Assembly (NCBI GenBank): GCA_951406725.2
Contig: OX597828.1
Location: 6,138,001 to 6,202,000, forward strand
DNA length: 64,000 nt
Direction of reading: 5' to 3'
Source: Octopus vulgaris
Taxonomy: Eukaryota
The translations under genes and the position numbers were made by a program. Shown one piece after another: positions 37,803 through 53,729 of the stretch (positions within the stretch are counted from its first letter, which is position 1; each line of letters starts with the position of its first letter). Below the pieces are notes generated by a model. That model was not told the origin of the DNA. It saw only the letters and a list, made by a program, of their open reading frames with translations, and made no database searches.

Positions 37803-38018
37803 ATCATTCAGATTACTCTATCAAAAGTAACGCTCATTAATTCACATTGTTTTCAATTAACCATGTATTTATCTCATAGCTTCAAGATTTTGATGATGTG
37901 AATGTTTATTCTTTAAAATGAAATGCTAGGGTAAGTGTGAGAGGTCAAATTTAAGGTCAACAGGAAACAGGTAGAATATTTGCGCCAGATATGGCCGGTT
38001 TAAATGCTAATGGTTTAA
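37803..38018. mobile_element. Probable decayed MITE ending in TTAA
   Basis: Right end TTTAAATGCTAATGGTTTAA resembles TTAA-type MITE termini; left terminus eroded. Confidence 0.35.
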
Positions 38019-38989
38019 GTCTGTAGAGTATGATTTGAGGGAAATTTGGCTGTTATTTTTATGAGGCTGAACTCTCACTTAAGCACCTATTTAGTGTGTG
38101 CAGGTATCGGTGTTGTTCTACGTTAACCGTTTATATATCAACAATTGAATAGCTGTTGTATTCATTTTTACGAATTCCTTTAGCAATTTCTTATTCTTTG
38201 GTTTGCTGCTCACAACCGGTGTGTTTTTTTTTTTGTTATAATTGTTTAACATGTTTATCTTGTTCTAAATATTGTTATAACTGCTTGTTGTTTGTTTGTG
38301 TTTGTTTGTTTTTCTGCTAGTTTTGTTGGAAAAAACTACAGCTACTTACATTGTTGACGGTGCTTCCTTCTCTCTCTCGTGTTGAAGGTATTCATTCCAT
38401 CAACATAATTTCTGCGCCTGCTGCACTAAATGGCGTCGTTGACGACGAAGATGCTGCTGCTGCTGCTGCTGATGATGATGATTATGATGATGACGACGAC
38501 GATGAGGATGACGATTTTGATGATAGTGCGGATGATGACCATGATGACGAGGATAACGTCGTCGACGACGAAGATGATGATGATGACGATAGGAAAGCTG
38601 ATGCTTAGAGAATATTTAAATAATGTACTTCTGCTTATAGAAAATCGTGACATACTGAAGCACTCTGGTGGCACATCGGAATACAGAGTTGTCGGATAAA
38701 TTAATTCCATTTATAACAGTTTACATTATTTTAGATTATTTCTTTATATTTTCTAAAGTTATTTTCTTATTTTTGTTCCTATCTTGTTTAAAATTTGCCT
38801 TCTTCTTTAATTTCATTCTTTTAGGTTTGCTATCTTTTTTTTTCATTTCCTCGGTTTAATTAAGTTCTGGAACAACGACACAGTTTTCTTGAGTGGCTGG
38901 ATGATGTTTTTTTAGCATTTCTTCTTTATTTATTTTTTTCTTTTGAAATTCAGGTATTCTAATGGGCTGCATATTTTGTTGTGCGCATT

Positions 38990-39084
<95 letters not shown>

Positions 39085-39094
39085 GTCTGTCTGC

Positions 39095-39168
<74 letters not shown>

Positions 39169-39318
39169 GAATGTCTGTCTAACTGTCTGTCTTTCTATCT
39201 GTTTGCACCCCTCTCTCTCTTTCTTTATATATATATATATAGTGTATATAAAAGGCTGACAGAGTGACGAATAGAAAGATGATTACATATTACAAGGTAC
39301 AGATGTGCGCATGTGATA

Positions 39319-39350
<32 letters not shown>

Positions 39351-40029
39351 ATGTGTGTGTGTGTGTGTGTGCGTGTGTGTGTGTGCGTATGTGTGTGTTG
39401 GTATTTATGCTCGTATGTGCGGAGTGCGAGCGTGCATACTCGGCCTCCAGTGAAATGAAGCAGTACTGAGAGAGCGTGTATGGATAAATTGGAAATTAAT
39501 TCACGTGGATATGCTTGATAAATATTTACTCAAACTCACTGTGTATATAAATATAGTCGCCGAACCACAGCGCTCTTTTCTGTACATAACCGAGTTTCGG
39601 GAACGTTCAACTAGTTTCGACTAGTTATTGCTATACTTTTATTGACTTGTGTCTCTCTGTGTATTTATATATCTAAATCTGCTGAAAATTTCTCAATCAC
39701 CGTTGAACGCCATGAATTTCCTTTCGAAAAATCATTAGACAGAAAAATATTTTTGTTCCGGTGAACATTTGACAAATTATCTAATCTTTCGTTTAGGTAA
39801 ATTCTCCTGTGTAGTTTAGCAAATATCTTTAAATACATAATATTACTTATTATAACACTATGATTATCATCGCTTAATATTTAATTTGTTTAAACTGAAT
39901 TGTATTCATATAAAAAATCTCTGTAACGACGTTGTCTAACCAAATAAAATTTATAACCGAACATCTGACAGAGATGTGAAACAGAGATGTTGTCTATACC
40001 TTTACTACAGTGGTATCTAAATTTCAGTA

Positions 40030-40246
40030 AGGCGGCGAGCTGGCAGAAACGTTAGCACGCCGGGCGAAATGCGTAGCCGTATTTCGTCTGCTGTTACGTT
40101 CTGAGTTCAAATTCTGCCGAGGTCCACTTTGCCTTCGGGGTCGATAAATTAAGTACCTGTTACGCACTTGGGTCGATATAATCGACTTAATCCGTTTGTC
40201 TTTTCCTCTCTGTGTGTAGCCCCTTGTGGGCAGTAAAGAAATAGGT
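40030..40246 (+). mobile_element. SINE family B, well conserved
   Basis: GGCGGCGAGCTGGCAGAAACGTTAGCACGCCGGGCGAAATGCG...GAGTTCAAATTC...GTCGATAAATTAAGTACC. Confidence 0.85.
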
Positions 40247-40751
40247 ACCTGACCTTCAATACTAAAATAATGTGTACGAATCTCTCACAAAAGTATGCGA
40301 CACCGTAATGCATCATTTTCTACTAAAGAACAGATCCCATCACAAGCACTACTTCTTCCTGTCTTTTGTCTATTATAGTTTCAATTGAATAGCTTCCTCT
40401 AAAGATGGCTTGTGCAAACTACACACCTGAGTCTCTCCCTCTCAAGGCACTTCCCATTTATGGAATAATTAACAGAAACATAAATGCGCTATTGGCTCGC
40501 TTAATGCCATACTGCTTAATTGATGATAGAAGTCATTTATATTGTTTTAAGTGCTAAATCAATAATACTGGAAAAAAAAGATATTTAGAGTGCATTAATT
40601 TAATATGAGCTGTATATTTAATGGATATTTCTTTACATATGCGTCTGTGTATATATATATATGGTCTAATGAGTGTATGTACGGGTTATAGATTTTCAGA
40701 ATGGAACACATATATGTGTGTGTCCCGTAGACACACATACACATATAGGTA

Positions 40752-40848
<97 letters not shown>

Positions 40849-40867
40849 GTGTGTGTATACACACTTT

Positions 40868-41372
40868 CTCTTTACTCTTTTACTTGTTTCAGTAAATTGA
40901 CTGCGACCATGCTGGAGCACCGCCTTTAGTCGAGAAAATCGACCCTAGGACTTATTCTTTGTAAGCCTAGTACTTATTCTATCGGTTTCTTTTGCCGAAC
41001 CGCTAAGTTACGGGACGTAAACGCACAAGCATCGGTTGGCAAGCGATACTGGGGGTCAAACATAAGACACACAAACAGACACACAAATATATATATATAT
41101 ATATATATATATTGATAAAACGGTAAGATAACAAAAGAAAGAAAGAGACCTCAATATTATGTAAATAGAGGAAATTTATCTATACAATATGTTACATTAC
41201 GGTAGTCAAGATAAAACTCTGAGTTTCAGATGCCGAGTGAAATCCACAACACCATCTCTTCGGTTATCTGGCTTAGCCAGATAACCGAAGAGATGGTGTT
41301 GTGGATTTCCACTTCGGCATCTGAAACTCAGAGTTTTATCTTGACTACCGAGTAATGTAACATATTGTATAG

Positions 41373-41405
<33 letters not shown>

Positions 41406-41568
41406 TACGACGGGTTTCATACAGTTTCCGTCTACCAAATCCACTCACAAGGCTTTGATCAGCCCGAGGCTCTAGTAGAAGACACTTGCCCTAGGTTTCA
41501 TGCAGTGGGACTGAACCCGTAACCATGTGGCTGGTAAGCAAGCTACTTACCACACAGCCACTCCTGCG

Positions 41569-41570
<2 letters not shown>
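40868..41570 (-). mobile_element. SINE family A interrupted in its internal (TA)n tract by a hairpin element
   Basis: Tail reverse complement at 40868-41085; head reverse complement at 41405-41570. Confidence 0.85.
41112..41375. mobile_element. PLE-terminus-like insertion forming a ~200-bp near-perfect palindrome (41177-41375) with mirrored hammerhead-like motifs
   Basis: Arms 41177-41273 and 41275-41375 around CTGGCT-T-AGCCAG; AGATAA-CCGAAGA-GATG...CATC-T-GAAA-CTCAGAG-TT-TTATCT on each strand. Confidence 0.8.
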
Positions 41571-41604
<34 letters not shown>

Positions 41605-41614
41605 TATATCTATC

Positions 41615-41663
<49 letters not shown>

Positions 41664-41794
41664 GACTTTTATATAAATAAATAACGTGAAATACACGAAG
41701 GGACGAACAAAAAGACAAACGGTTCATTCAAAGCCTTCATTCTTCAGTCAGAAACTGAACCCTCATCGATTTCGGCTGTTATAGATATATATAT

Positions 41795-41837
<43 letters not shown>

Positions 41838-42408
41838 CATACATACATACATACATACATACATACATACATACATACATACATACATACATACATACAT
41901 ACATCATGAGAAAGAATACATGATTTGACTCGCATGTTGCCAAGGAAGAAAATTACCAGCGATGACAAAACCCCCAGCTTTGACCTATCCTGCTCTAATT
42001 CACCAAAATACCACTAATACATTGAGTTCTTTGATGGTATTTATTTTCTTTTGATAGTTTCAATCCAATTCATTGACTTTTCAAAGCGCGTTGGTCATTA
42101 TTTTTTCTCATCTATTAACTAATAAAATCTCCATACGTAATAAGGCAGCCTTAGTTTGGAAAACAAACCAGTACCAACATTTTAAATTAGCAAATCAGAA
42201 AAAAAAAAAAAAACTTTTATTTTCCTCTTCGATACAACTATATATAATTAGGGTCATAAAGTGTATTTAGTTCACGGAAGTTAAATAATAAATGTGTAAT
42301 TTTGTTTTGTTTTCGATTCACATATTTGGTGCCGAACTCTTTCTTCAAAAAACGATGAACTGACGTAAGTGCATGTGCACTTTTTCCTTCTCTCTTTCTC
42401 ACTTCGTG

Positions 42409-42443
<35 letters not shown>

Positions 42444-42447
42444 ATGA

Positions 42448-42479
<32 letters not shown>

Positions 42480-42581
42480 GTATGTATATATATATATACG
42501 CACACATATATTATGTTTTACATATTATATTATATATATATATATATTGACGTATATATGCATATCTATCTATTTATCTAC

Positions 42582-42659
<78 letters not shown>

Positions 42660-43073
42660 TTATGCACAATTGTATGGATATAGACATTTACTTACGTTTA
42701 CATATGTGTATATGTGCATGTGTGTGTGAGTGTGTGTATGTGTGCATTTATGTGTATGAGTGTGTGTGTGTCTGTTTGTGCACGCGTGTGTGTATGAGCA
42801 CATTCTGTTTTTGTGCGCGCATGCTTATATGAATACGATGCACTCACTAATTCTGTCTTCTATTTATTTCACTATTATGATGTTGCAAATAAAGAGACTC
42901 CTGCAAAAACTGAATATTTCGTTGAAAGAAATACCGCCTAATCAAAATACATAAAACTGCAATTAAATGTACATATATACACACGTCCAATCATGCACTC
43001 GAATGTTTAAAATATTTTACCCTATTATATTTAACTATATTCATACTCACTCACACCCTTTCTCAGAAAAATA

Positions 43074-43124
<51 letters not shown>

Positions 43125-43181
43125 CATATATATTTATGGAAAATGTACATGTGTATATATGTATGAATATATATGTATAGG

Positions 43182-43231
<50 letters not shown>

Positions 43232-45119
43232 AATATATATATTTATATATATATATACGCATCTGTGTGTGCGTTGTCGGACATGCGTAAATTTGTGTGT
43301 TCATACATACATACATACATACATACATACATACATACATACATACATACATACATGCTTGTTCATTCATAATCCATAATATAGCCGGAATCTACGTAAG
43401 TAAAGCGAGATCTCGTGGAAGATTCAAATCAAGAGAACTTAGTGTGTACATAGAAGTGTTCTGAAACGGGAAGGATTCCAAATGCTGCTTGGTAACACTG
43501 GATATGCATCCCACCAGCACTATAGTTTTTGCACAACAAAGGCTAAGTGAAATTTCATGTCGTCTCAAAATGCAAATAGTTCTTTGAATTAAGGTGAGCA
43601 GAAACACTAAGTGATATTGTCTATCAGCTGAATCACATATTTTGTTTCGGTATATAAACCGCGAGTACAGTTCCAGACAATAAGAACAGAATTTTATAGA
43701 AACTTCGTTAGTGGCATTATCGATGTTAATGGTGTCTTAGTAGGTATTTGAAATCCATATTAGACGAATTAGGAAGCTTAACGGAAACACCAGTCATCTG
43801 ATAAACAGGCATATAGATGGTCTAAACCTTGTGTGGGATGTTAAAATTCTGTCATCTTTTATCCTATTTTTTTAATTTCATTAAATTGTAGAACGTTGAA
43901 GACCCTGCTAGACCCCTATAGATTGTTGTCGAAAGTAATTGCCAGACGAAATGCATTTGATGCATAACTAAAATTACCCAAATTATCGAAATCAGTCCAA
44001 AATTTTCAATAATTATGTGCATCATTTATTGACTCAACTCTTCATGTCAACTTTGAGGAAAATACAATATAGAGATCTGCTTTAAAAATCGATCCCGTGT
44101 GTTACAAAGAGTAGATGTGGGAACTTGGTTGTTGTGTGATTGGACTATCAAAAATTATTCAGCAGAATACATAAAATCATGGAATCGCTGATGAATGAAT
44201 GCTTAACAAATTTATAGACCATAATTTTATTCTAGATAGAAGACACTCATGTATTACACTTTTCTATATCAAATTTACACACTTGCTCTTTCTGCTTTAA
44301 TGTTCTCAGTTCTTAAGTATTTCCCGAAGAAATAAAAAGACTACAGAAATGCACTGTCTAAATATAGAACAATTTCTCCTTTTCGCGTATCGGGAACAGA
44401 TTGCAGTCCTCCATCGCATTAGTCTTTGACATATGAAACAACTCAATACACCAAAGATTTGGAATGAAATTTGGGGTTTAAAAGTATGCTTATATATTGA
44501 GGGAAAAAAAAACTAAATCCTTGTAAAGGGAAGTGAGTAAGAAATATTCAGATACTAGTCAATGTATCAAAATATACTAAGAAAACCTATGACTACTAGT
44601 ATATGAGCAATTCAACTCCGCGGCACTAGGAAATAGCTTTCTATATACAATAAATCTATCATTAGCGCTCTCTTTCTAGCCCGTCTATATACTTACATAC
44701 ACTGCTGTACGTGGAAGCTGGCTGTATTGATCCTTACAGGTGTAAACTTGAACTCAGCGGTAGATGACAGTAGAAAGAAGACGCGAGAAATAGGAGATTA
44801 CCCAATGTAACGCTGAATTTTCGTTTCAATTAGCAACAGAGGTCGGTGGTATGATGTGATACGAAGTCAGCGTCCTTAACTCAATGTTAAAAGATTGAGA
44901 CTTCCGGTGTGTGTGACGAAAGGGGCAAAATCTAAAGCAAGTAAGGAACACAATCACACACTTTATTTATGTTCACAAGCACCAGATGAACTCTAGAGGT
45001 AGAACAACAAATAAGAGTGGGAAGAAACACGGAGTAAAAACTGACATAATTCATTCCCTATAATTAAGTGTGAGTTGTTGGGTTTGTTCTTACTCGGTGG
45101 CTTCTGTGTGTTTCCTTTT

Positions 45120-45171
<52 letters not shown>

Positions 45172-45176
45172 ATATG

Positions 45177-45212
<36 letters not shown>

Positions 45213-45263
45213 TGTATGTATGTATGTATGTGTGTGTATATATGTGCGTATGCATATAATTGC

Positions 45264-45303
<40 letters not shown>

Positions 45304-46199
45304 GCATGAATGTATGCATACATACTTATACATGCATACATATTTATATGTATATATGTGTGTGTGTTTGCGTGCGTATGTGTATGTATACATATAAATG
45401 CATGCATATAAGTGCCATCTATCAATGTATGTTTGTGTGTATTCATACATGTATATATTCACATATATGCATATATATACACGCCATATATACAATATAT
45501 ACATTCATCTCTCTATTAAATATATATGTATACATGTATTTACATATCTATGTATCAATCTAGCTATGTATCCATGTATATGTGTGTCTCTAAAAAGTAT
45601 ATATATATCACATTTTCATTGGCAATGCCGATGACATTTACATTGAATCCGCTGATGATCTATTTCATCTGTACAAACTAATACAATCTACATATATAAT
45701 ATTGCTTCTCATGAGGCAGATAGAGCGAACTAGATGTATTACTTGTTGAAGTAAATCTTCAGATCACTATCTAATCTCGTCCAACGATAATTACCGTCAC
45801 ACTGTGTGCCGAGTTACTGAGTACAAACAACTGCAATGATAAATAAAATCATTAACTTTTTATTCGAAATTTGTTTCCGAACAGTAAATACAAAATAGAA
45901 AATAAAATTTGCTTATAATGCCATGATATTCTCACTCTCTCACTCTCACATATTTTCGCTCTTTTTTGTCGCTGTTTCTCGCTCTCCCTCCCTCCACATT
46001 CTTCTATCTATCTATTTATCTATCTATCTGTTTATGCATCAGTACGTTAAGATATATAGATATACATATATATACATGTGTGCATATCATATATATATAT
46101 ATATAATTTATTGGTTTAAGTCAGAGGCTCGGGCCATGCTGGAGCACTGCCTTTCAGTGTGTTTGAGATTCATTTTTGCACTGCTTTTGGTAATGTAAC

Positions 46200-46828
46200 G
46201 AGTTGGTAACAGCCACTCTTCTTTGTGCCTCTGCCTCGATGTGTTTACATCTGGTATTTCAGAAATTTGTCCTGACTCTCATTGGAGATCTGCAACTCGA
46301 AAATATCTGAAGCTGAATACTGAATAGTTATGAACCCTTGACATCCAACCTGCTATAAGACTGGGTCCTCATTCGAAAAACCTGGCTGATGACAGTCAAG
46401 GCTGATCTGGAACCCAACCTAGGCCCCCATATCTACGGCGTTCGCCGCTGGAATAAGGAGTGGCTGGAGATCACGCGGTCGTTAGCTTCAAATCGCCAGA
46501 CCTGGTCAGCGTTTGTGAGAGATGCAGCATTGAGGAGGAATGAAGCCAGCTCAACCCACCCCGGGTGAATGCTGTCTCAAATCAAGTCAAGTCAAGTCAT
46601 TCGAGATAGAGGACACGGACATTTAGTATTATTCACAATCGTCCGGTTCGGTGGTTAGTATAACTTTCACTTCTAAGGTTGGTAGTTAGACCTTCCAATG
46701 CCTTCCATGTGCATGTCACTGCATATCTATCACGCCTTCTCTCAAGCGAATAGAGACTCAGTTCCTTTAGCTTCACCCATTCACTCATCCGTTTCATCGA
46801 ATCAATCTTCTTTGTGTAGATGCTAAGT
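46200..46828 (-). mobile_element. CR1-like LINE 3' ORF2 remnant, interrupted by an RTE tail
   Basis: LKELSLYSLERRRDRYAVTCTWKALEGL motif in ORF 46633-46863. Confidence 0.65.
46377..46596 (+). mobile_element. RTE-clade LINE 3' end, 5'-truncated, (CAAGT)n tail, 8-bp TSD
   Basis: KTWLMTVKADLEP..YGVRRWNKEWL...ASNRQTWSAFVRD; TCATTCGA at 46369-46376 and 46597-46604. Confidence 0.8.
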
Positions 46829-47271
46829 ACATTAAATATGTTCACTATTATTATTACACGCATGCTATTTCTGACCGGCTACACGCGTCTAGAGGCTTAC
46901 TTCGGAATTTCTATTTGGCTATATTTGCGGTACTTATATGTATTCATGACATTGCGTCTGCTCTTCCGTAGGTATGTGTAAGCATTTAATTTATTTTCAT
47001 TGTGTTCTTCGCTGATAAAGGTAAAATCTTTTGGGATTAATCCTGAAATCGGACTGATAGGGAGACAACTAAAGTTTTACCAATTTCTGTTAGTTTGCTT
47101 CCACGTTACGATACATGTGTAGTAATAATAGTGAAACTATTTAATGTGGTTAGACGATGTAGCGTCTATTTGACCTTATTTATACTTGCGTTTATAATTT
47201 CACCTTAAAAGGTATTTTTTCATATACTGGCCACTGATCAAAATTTTAGCAATTTTATCCTTATATTATAA

Positions 47272-47272
<1 letters not shown>
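46829..47272 (+). mobile_element. Fold-back PLE-terminus-like element with decayed hammerhead
   Basis: Arms 46829-46860 and 47116-47147; CTGATAA-AGG...CCT-GAAA-TCGGACTGA-TA at 47006-47065; 3' end similar to 15700-15782. Confidence 0.65.
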
Positions 47273-47300
<28 letters not shown>

Positions 47301-47305
<5 letters not shown>

Positions 47306-48928
47306 GCGGCCAAAATGTTCGGAACGGCATTTTTTTCGTCAGGAAAGTAAGTATAAGTTTTAATCAAAGTCGTTTTATATTCTATAATTTTCACAGACAA
47401 TAAATACAATATTAATTGTTATTGTCTGAGATTTTGGTGTAATTTGAGTGGATAATACAAAAGTTATGGATGATTTAGTGATTTACTGCAAAACCCATGG
47501 CGGCCAAAATGATCAGAACGGTTGAAAAAATAACAAAATAATCAAAAATGAGAGAGAATACTGGAATTATTTAATATTTAGTGTGAAGCCCTTTAGCTTC
47601 AATCACACTCTGACATCTTTGACTGCATGAGGAAATTAAATCTTCAATTTCTTGCTGGGTGATCTTACTCCATTCTTCCTGAAGGGCATTCCATAATTGC
47701 TCGGTTGTTTTAGGATTTCTGGCTTTCGAACGTCCTCCTAGAACATTCCACACATTTTCAATAGGATTGAGATCTGGCTTTGAGCAGGCCATTCCATAAC
47801 AATAACCTTTTCAGCCTTGGGGCAGTTCATGACCACCTTAGCCTTGTGACATGGAGCATTGTCCTGCATGAATATGGGTGGTCGCTTAGTTGAATTTCTC
47901 AGCACAGGCAAGACATGATCTTTTACAAGTTGTTTATAAACTTCTGCATTTACCTTTCCATGTAATCGCACCAAAGAGACCACACCATCTGCAGATATCA
48001 TCCCCCAAACCATGACACTTCCTCCACCGAATTTAACACTAGTCTTAAGGCATTTAGGCGACAATTTTTCACCTACTTTTCTACGAACGTACCTTTTCCC
48101 ATCTGAGCCAAATAACATAAACTTAGATTCATCACTGAAATGCACCGTTTGCCATTTTTCTTGAGACCACAACACATGTTTGGTTACAAAGGTAAGACGA
48201 CACTTTTTATTCTTGGAGCTGATCAGTGGCTTCACTGCAGATGCTCTTGCTTGTAGGTCATGTTCAACTAAACGACGAGACACAGTTTTTCGAGATAAAG
48301 TTTTCTTCAATACAATGCTCATTTTCCGAGAAACAGCAGCAGCAGTTTTAAATCTGTCCTTTTTAACCAACTTTACCATAGCACGATCTTCTCTCTTGGG
48401 CGTTTTTCTTGGCCTACCTGTAAAATTTCTTGCTTCACACGAACCACAATCATCGTAGACCTTAAGAATACCGTGTACAACACTGTTTGACTTGTTAACA
48501 ATTTTTGCAATAGATCCAATACTTAAATTATCCTTCCTTCGAAGCTTAATAATCTGCTGACGAATTGGTAACGGAGTAAGTGGCATTATATTAACAAAGT
48601 ACACTGCAAATATTATTACTAATGTTTAGTAAACGAACCGTCACGTAAACAAATTCAAAACATTAGAGTTCGCCGGTTAAATATACTAAAACACGGAGTA
48701 AAAGCAACCGTTCTGATAATTTTGGCCGCCATGGGTTTTGCAGTAAATCACTAAATCATCCATAACTTTTGTATTATCCTCTCAAATTACACCTAAATCT
48801 CAGGCAATAACAAATAATATCGTATTTATTGTCTGTGAAAATTATAGAATATAAAATAACTTTGATAAAAAATTATATTTACTTTTCTGACGAAAACAAT
48901 GCCGTTCTGAACATTTTGGCCGCAACTG
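47301..48928 (-). mobile_element. Tc1-family DNA transposon, IR/DR type, full length (1628 bp) in (TA)n
   Basis: ~223-bp TIRs (47301-47524 and 48706-48928) starting (C/T)AGTTGCGGCCAAAATG, each with an inner direct repeat GCGGCCAAAATGATCAGAACGG; TA flanks. Confidence 0.95.
47571..48586 (-). pseudogene. Tc1 DD34E-type transposase with one frameshift near 47790
   Basis: HTH region with GRPRKT, FSDESKF, GGGSVMVWG, FMQDNAPCH, then PDLNPIENVW in another frame. Confidence 0.92.
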
Positions 48929-48937
48929 TATATATAT

Positions 48938-49024
48938 AGGGAAATTTTACGAAAAAAAAACGAAGACAAGTGGTGTACAAAACAAACAGATGTATTAGTA
49001 TAGCGCTCAGGAATAGAAAAAATA

Positions 49025-49028
<4 letters not shown>
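48938..49028 (-). mobile_element. 3'-terminal fragment of the hammerhead PLE-terminus family
   Basis: Reverse complement TTCCTGAGCGCTATACTAATACATCTGTTTG...CTTCGTTTT resembles 20730-20813 and 50580-50660. Confidence 0.55.
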
Positions 49029-49107
<79 letters not shown>

Positions 49108-49108
<1 letters not shown>

Positions 49109-50656
49109 CACACACCACTACCCTCTCACTACCTCCATTCAATATAAACACACCGACTCACACTCTTACCTTAATTTCTCCTCCTACCACTCCTACCCAT
49201 ACGAAGCTCTCCATCCCCTACTCCCAATTCTTCCGTCTGCGCAGCTTCTGCAGTGACAATCAGGACTTTGACACTCAGTCTCATCTGATGGCTCACCACT
49301 TCATTCTACGTGGATGTCCCCTCGCCAATTTCCACACAGCTCTTATCGGAACAAGTACCGTGGACCGTGTCTCTCCTGTCTCTCTCTCCCCGCACCCGAC
49401 CCATCGTTGCTCGTCTCGCGTTTCACCTAACCTACCACCTCTCAACGATGCCGCTCCATCGCACCATAATCCCAGCCCTCCGGCGACCCCAGTCCGCCCC
49501 ATTCTCCACGCACATCTTCCTCTTCCAGCTCACAACCGGCGTGAACTGGTCCACAGTTCCTGCCTTAACCCCCACCTGGCCTTAACCCCCCAAACTGGCT
49601 CGTTCCCCTGCTCCCGCACACGCTGTCGTACTTGACCCTACTTCCTCAACATCATCATCCTCCCATGCAGCCATCATCGTCCTTATCACATCACCGACTC
49701 CTTTACGTGCACTTTTAACAACGTCATTTACTGCGTCTCCTTATCTTTCTGCCCTTCTCTGTACATTGGTCAAACGGGACACAGTTTGGCTGACCGCTGC
49801 ACGGAGCACCTCTGAGATATCAGGCAACGACACGTCGGTTTCGCGCCAGTTCTGCTCTACCGGTCATTCACTACAACACCTGTCTGTGTTCGGGTGGACT
49901 TTGCACAGAGGCCATCCAGACTCCCGCCTTCGCCGTGAACAGAATATATTCTTCTCTCTTCGCTCCTTTGCACCACATGGGCTAAACTCTCCCCTCTCTT
50001 CTTCTGACATCTACTTTCTCTCTCACTCCTACTCAGCTTCTCTCTTCATTGATACCCCTCCACCTACCCTACCCACACATCTCTACGCCACACGACATCT
50101 CCACACCCTCACCCCACATCTCCATCCACTCACATTACATCACATCATACCTGACCACACTACTCCACAGACACTAGCAATGACCACTTCCCAGCACCCA
50201 CACCACATACCATCACACCCGCATACCACACACCATCATCTTGACACCCACACACCACCATCCGCATACCCACACGTTACATACGCACACACTTACACAC
50301 GCACACATCAACACACGTCAAAGTGACTAATCTCTATCCACACACACACACACACAGATTATTGCATACACACAAACGCACGCGCACCATCGTTTTGGGT
50401 TCACCAATACTTTATTGTCTCCCCTTCTTTCAACCTCTTCCGTTAAACTTTTTTTCCCAAACAGTCGCCATGCTTGACCGCTAAATCCTTAAGTTTGTTT
50501 TAAAATCTCTTTCTGTATATTTTCTCCTATTCCTTTCTGTTGAAGAGCGTAGGCTCGAAACGTAAAAGACATTCTCCCTTTGCCGAGCGCCAAACTAAAA
50601 ACTCTTCTTCTTGTTCATACACCTGCCTTCGTCTTTTTGTTTTGCTGCAAATTTCA

Positions 50657-50660
<4 letters not shown>
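49108..50660 (+). mobile_element. Penelope-like element (Neptune-like), 5'-truncated, decayed, between (TA)n tracts
   Basis: HTKLSIPYSQFFRLRSFCSD, GSFPCSRTRCRT, FTCTFNNVIYC...LYIGQTGHSLADR.TEH, APHGLN; hammerhead at 50533-50568. Confidence 0.88.
50533..50568 (+). ncRNA. Minimal hammerhead-like motif in the PLE 3' terminus
   Basis: CTTT-CTGTTGA-A-GAGC gtag GCTC-GAAA-CG-TA-AAAG (A6 substituted). Confidence 0.6.
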
Positions 50661-50704
<44 letters not shown>

Positions 50705-50705
50705 C

Positions 50706-50810
<105 letters not shown>

Positions 50811-50837
50811 TTTATATATATACACACATATATATAT

Positions 50838-52002
<1,165 letters not shown>

Positions 52003-53729
52003 AGGTACACAACAACCTCTGCTGCTAACCGGAAGCTATAAACACATTTTTCAGCTTATCGATCTTCGATATGGGTGAGATTTACAACCTTCTACGTCAA
52101 TAAAAATTTATTTCTCCTGAAATATATACCTTTTATACCTTCAACACACTGACAGAAGCTTACTATCTTCTTGTACCTTGTTCCTTGGATATTACCTTTT
52201 CACTGACAGACAGACTGACACGCACACACACACACACTCCCACACATATACACATGAATGTATATGCGTTTATATATATGCTTGTATATCAGGAAATTTC
52301 TCTTGGAATATAAATCAAGCTTAATGGGAAAGAAATAGGCTTATTCTCTACATCTGTCCCTGGACATTGAGCCATGTTTCAAGCGAAATTTATGCAAAAC
52401 ATACATGTTAAACTCGCCTTCATTTGCAGCTGACAGAAGAATAAGTAAGCAAGTGATATTGGTACCCGTATATACAGATGCTGTCACAATTTGTAAAGAC
52501 ATTGTTATCCAGGGAGAGTACCAGGAAAATTGAGAAAATTCATACATTTGTTGTTTCCGTATCCAGTGAATGATTCATTTATAATTGCATGCCGGTGAAT
52601 GCTAAAATCTTATCAATATCAGAAATAAATACTTAATGGTTGAAACGGAAGAGTTTTCCTTTGGAGAATTAAGCAAATGCCTTAATTGCAATAGCGAATC
52701 GCTTTTCAAAGTAATAATGTACGAATATATATCAAAGAAAATAAAGTACGGTACGGAGTAGATGAAAAATATAGAAGCATTAGTAGCTTTTGCACACACT
52801 GGCATACTATAACAAGTAAATTCTTAAGAATTTAAATACGTCAGCAGAAAATCCGATAAAACAGTAACACTATCACTCTATAACAAGGACTTATGCCTAT
52901 ATTCATGCTCCGCTTTCAAAATGTAATATTAATCATTACATTTGTAAATAGTACTGAGATGAGTATGAATTACTTCAACTTTTGGGATTAATATCTACTT
53001 CAGCTCTAGTTAGTGTTGAATGAAACTTCTCAAGGTTACCATTAACTGCTTTTCATATATCTTAGACAGCATTACGTCTTTCGTGATGTGTCATCATAAT
53101 TCCGTATAACCGCTTACAATGCGTCTGTGATATAAAAAATGCTATCTGCATTTGCACACTTATATTGTTTTACTTATATTAGCCAGGTGATAAATGATGT
53201 TACTTTACTGGGAGAGATGTATTTATAAACTGGAGAAAGACTTTCTTGTTTAATGATGTTTATACAGACGTGGTTATGCTGTCAAATAATTGCCTTCATT
53301 TTTATCATTTTATATATTTTCTTGACTTGTATATCTTGTCGACAGAACACTGAATGCACCCAGCATAATCATCTTATTTGTCTAAAAGAAATCGTATAGA
53401 TAAGGTCTATATTTCAACAAGCTACGGCCAGAGATTCACTTAACAAAGATATAGAAGACACCTGTAGACTAATCAAATTTGTAATTTTCCTGTTAAGTAA
53501 TAATGCATCTTACAATATGTAGCTACATAGACTGAACTAGTGGTGTTGGCAGAAATATTGAGAAGATACACACACGCACATATACACATACACATATATA
53601 TGTGTGTGTGTATGTATGTATGTATGTATGTATGTATGTATGTATGTATGTATGTATGTATGCATGCATGCATGTATGTATGTATGTATGTATGTATGTA
53701 TGTATGTATACATATTCAGAGCTCTGAAT

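Noticed and set aside
42238-45634. Many YI/HT/CV-rich ORFs
   Set aside because: Translations of (TA)n, (CA)n and (TACA)n repeats.
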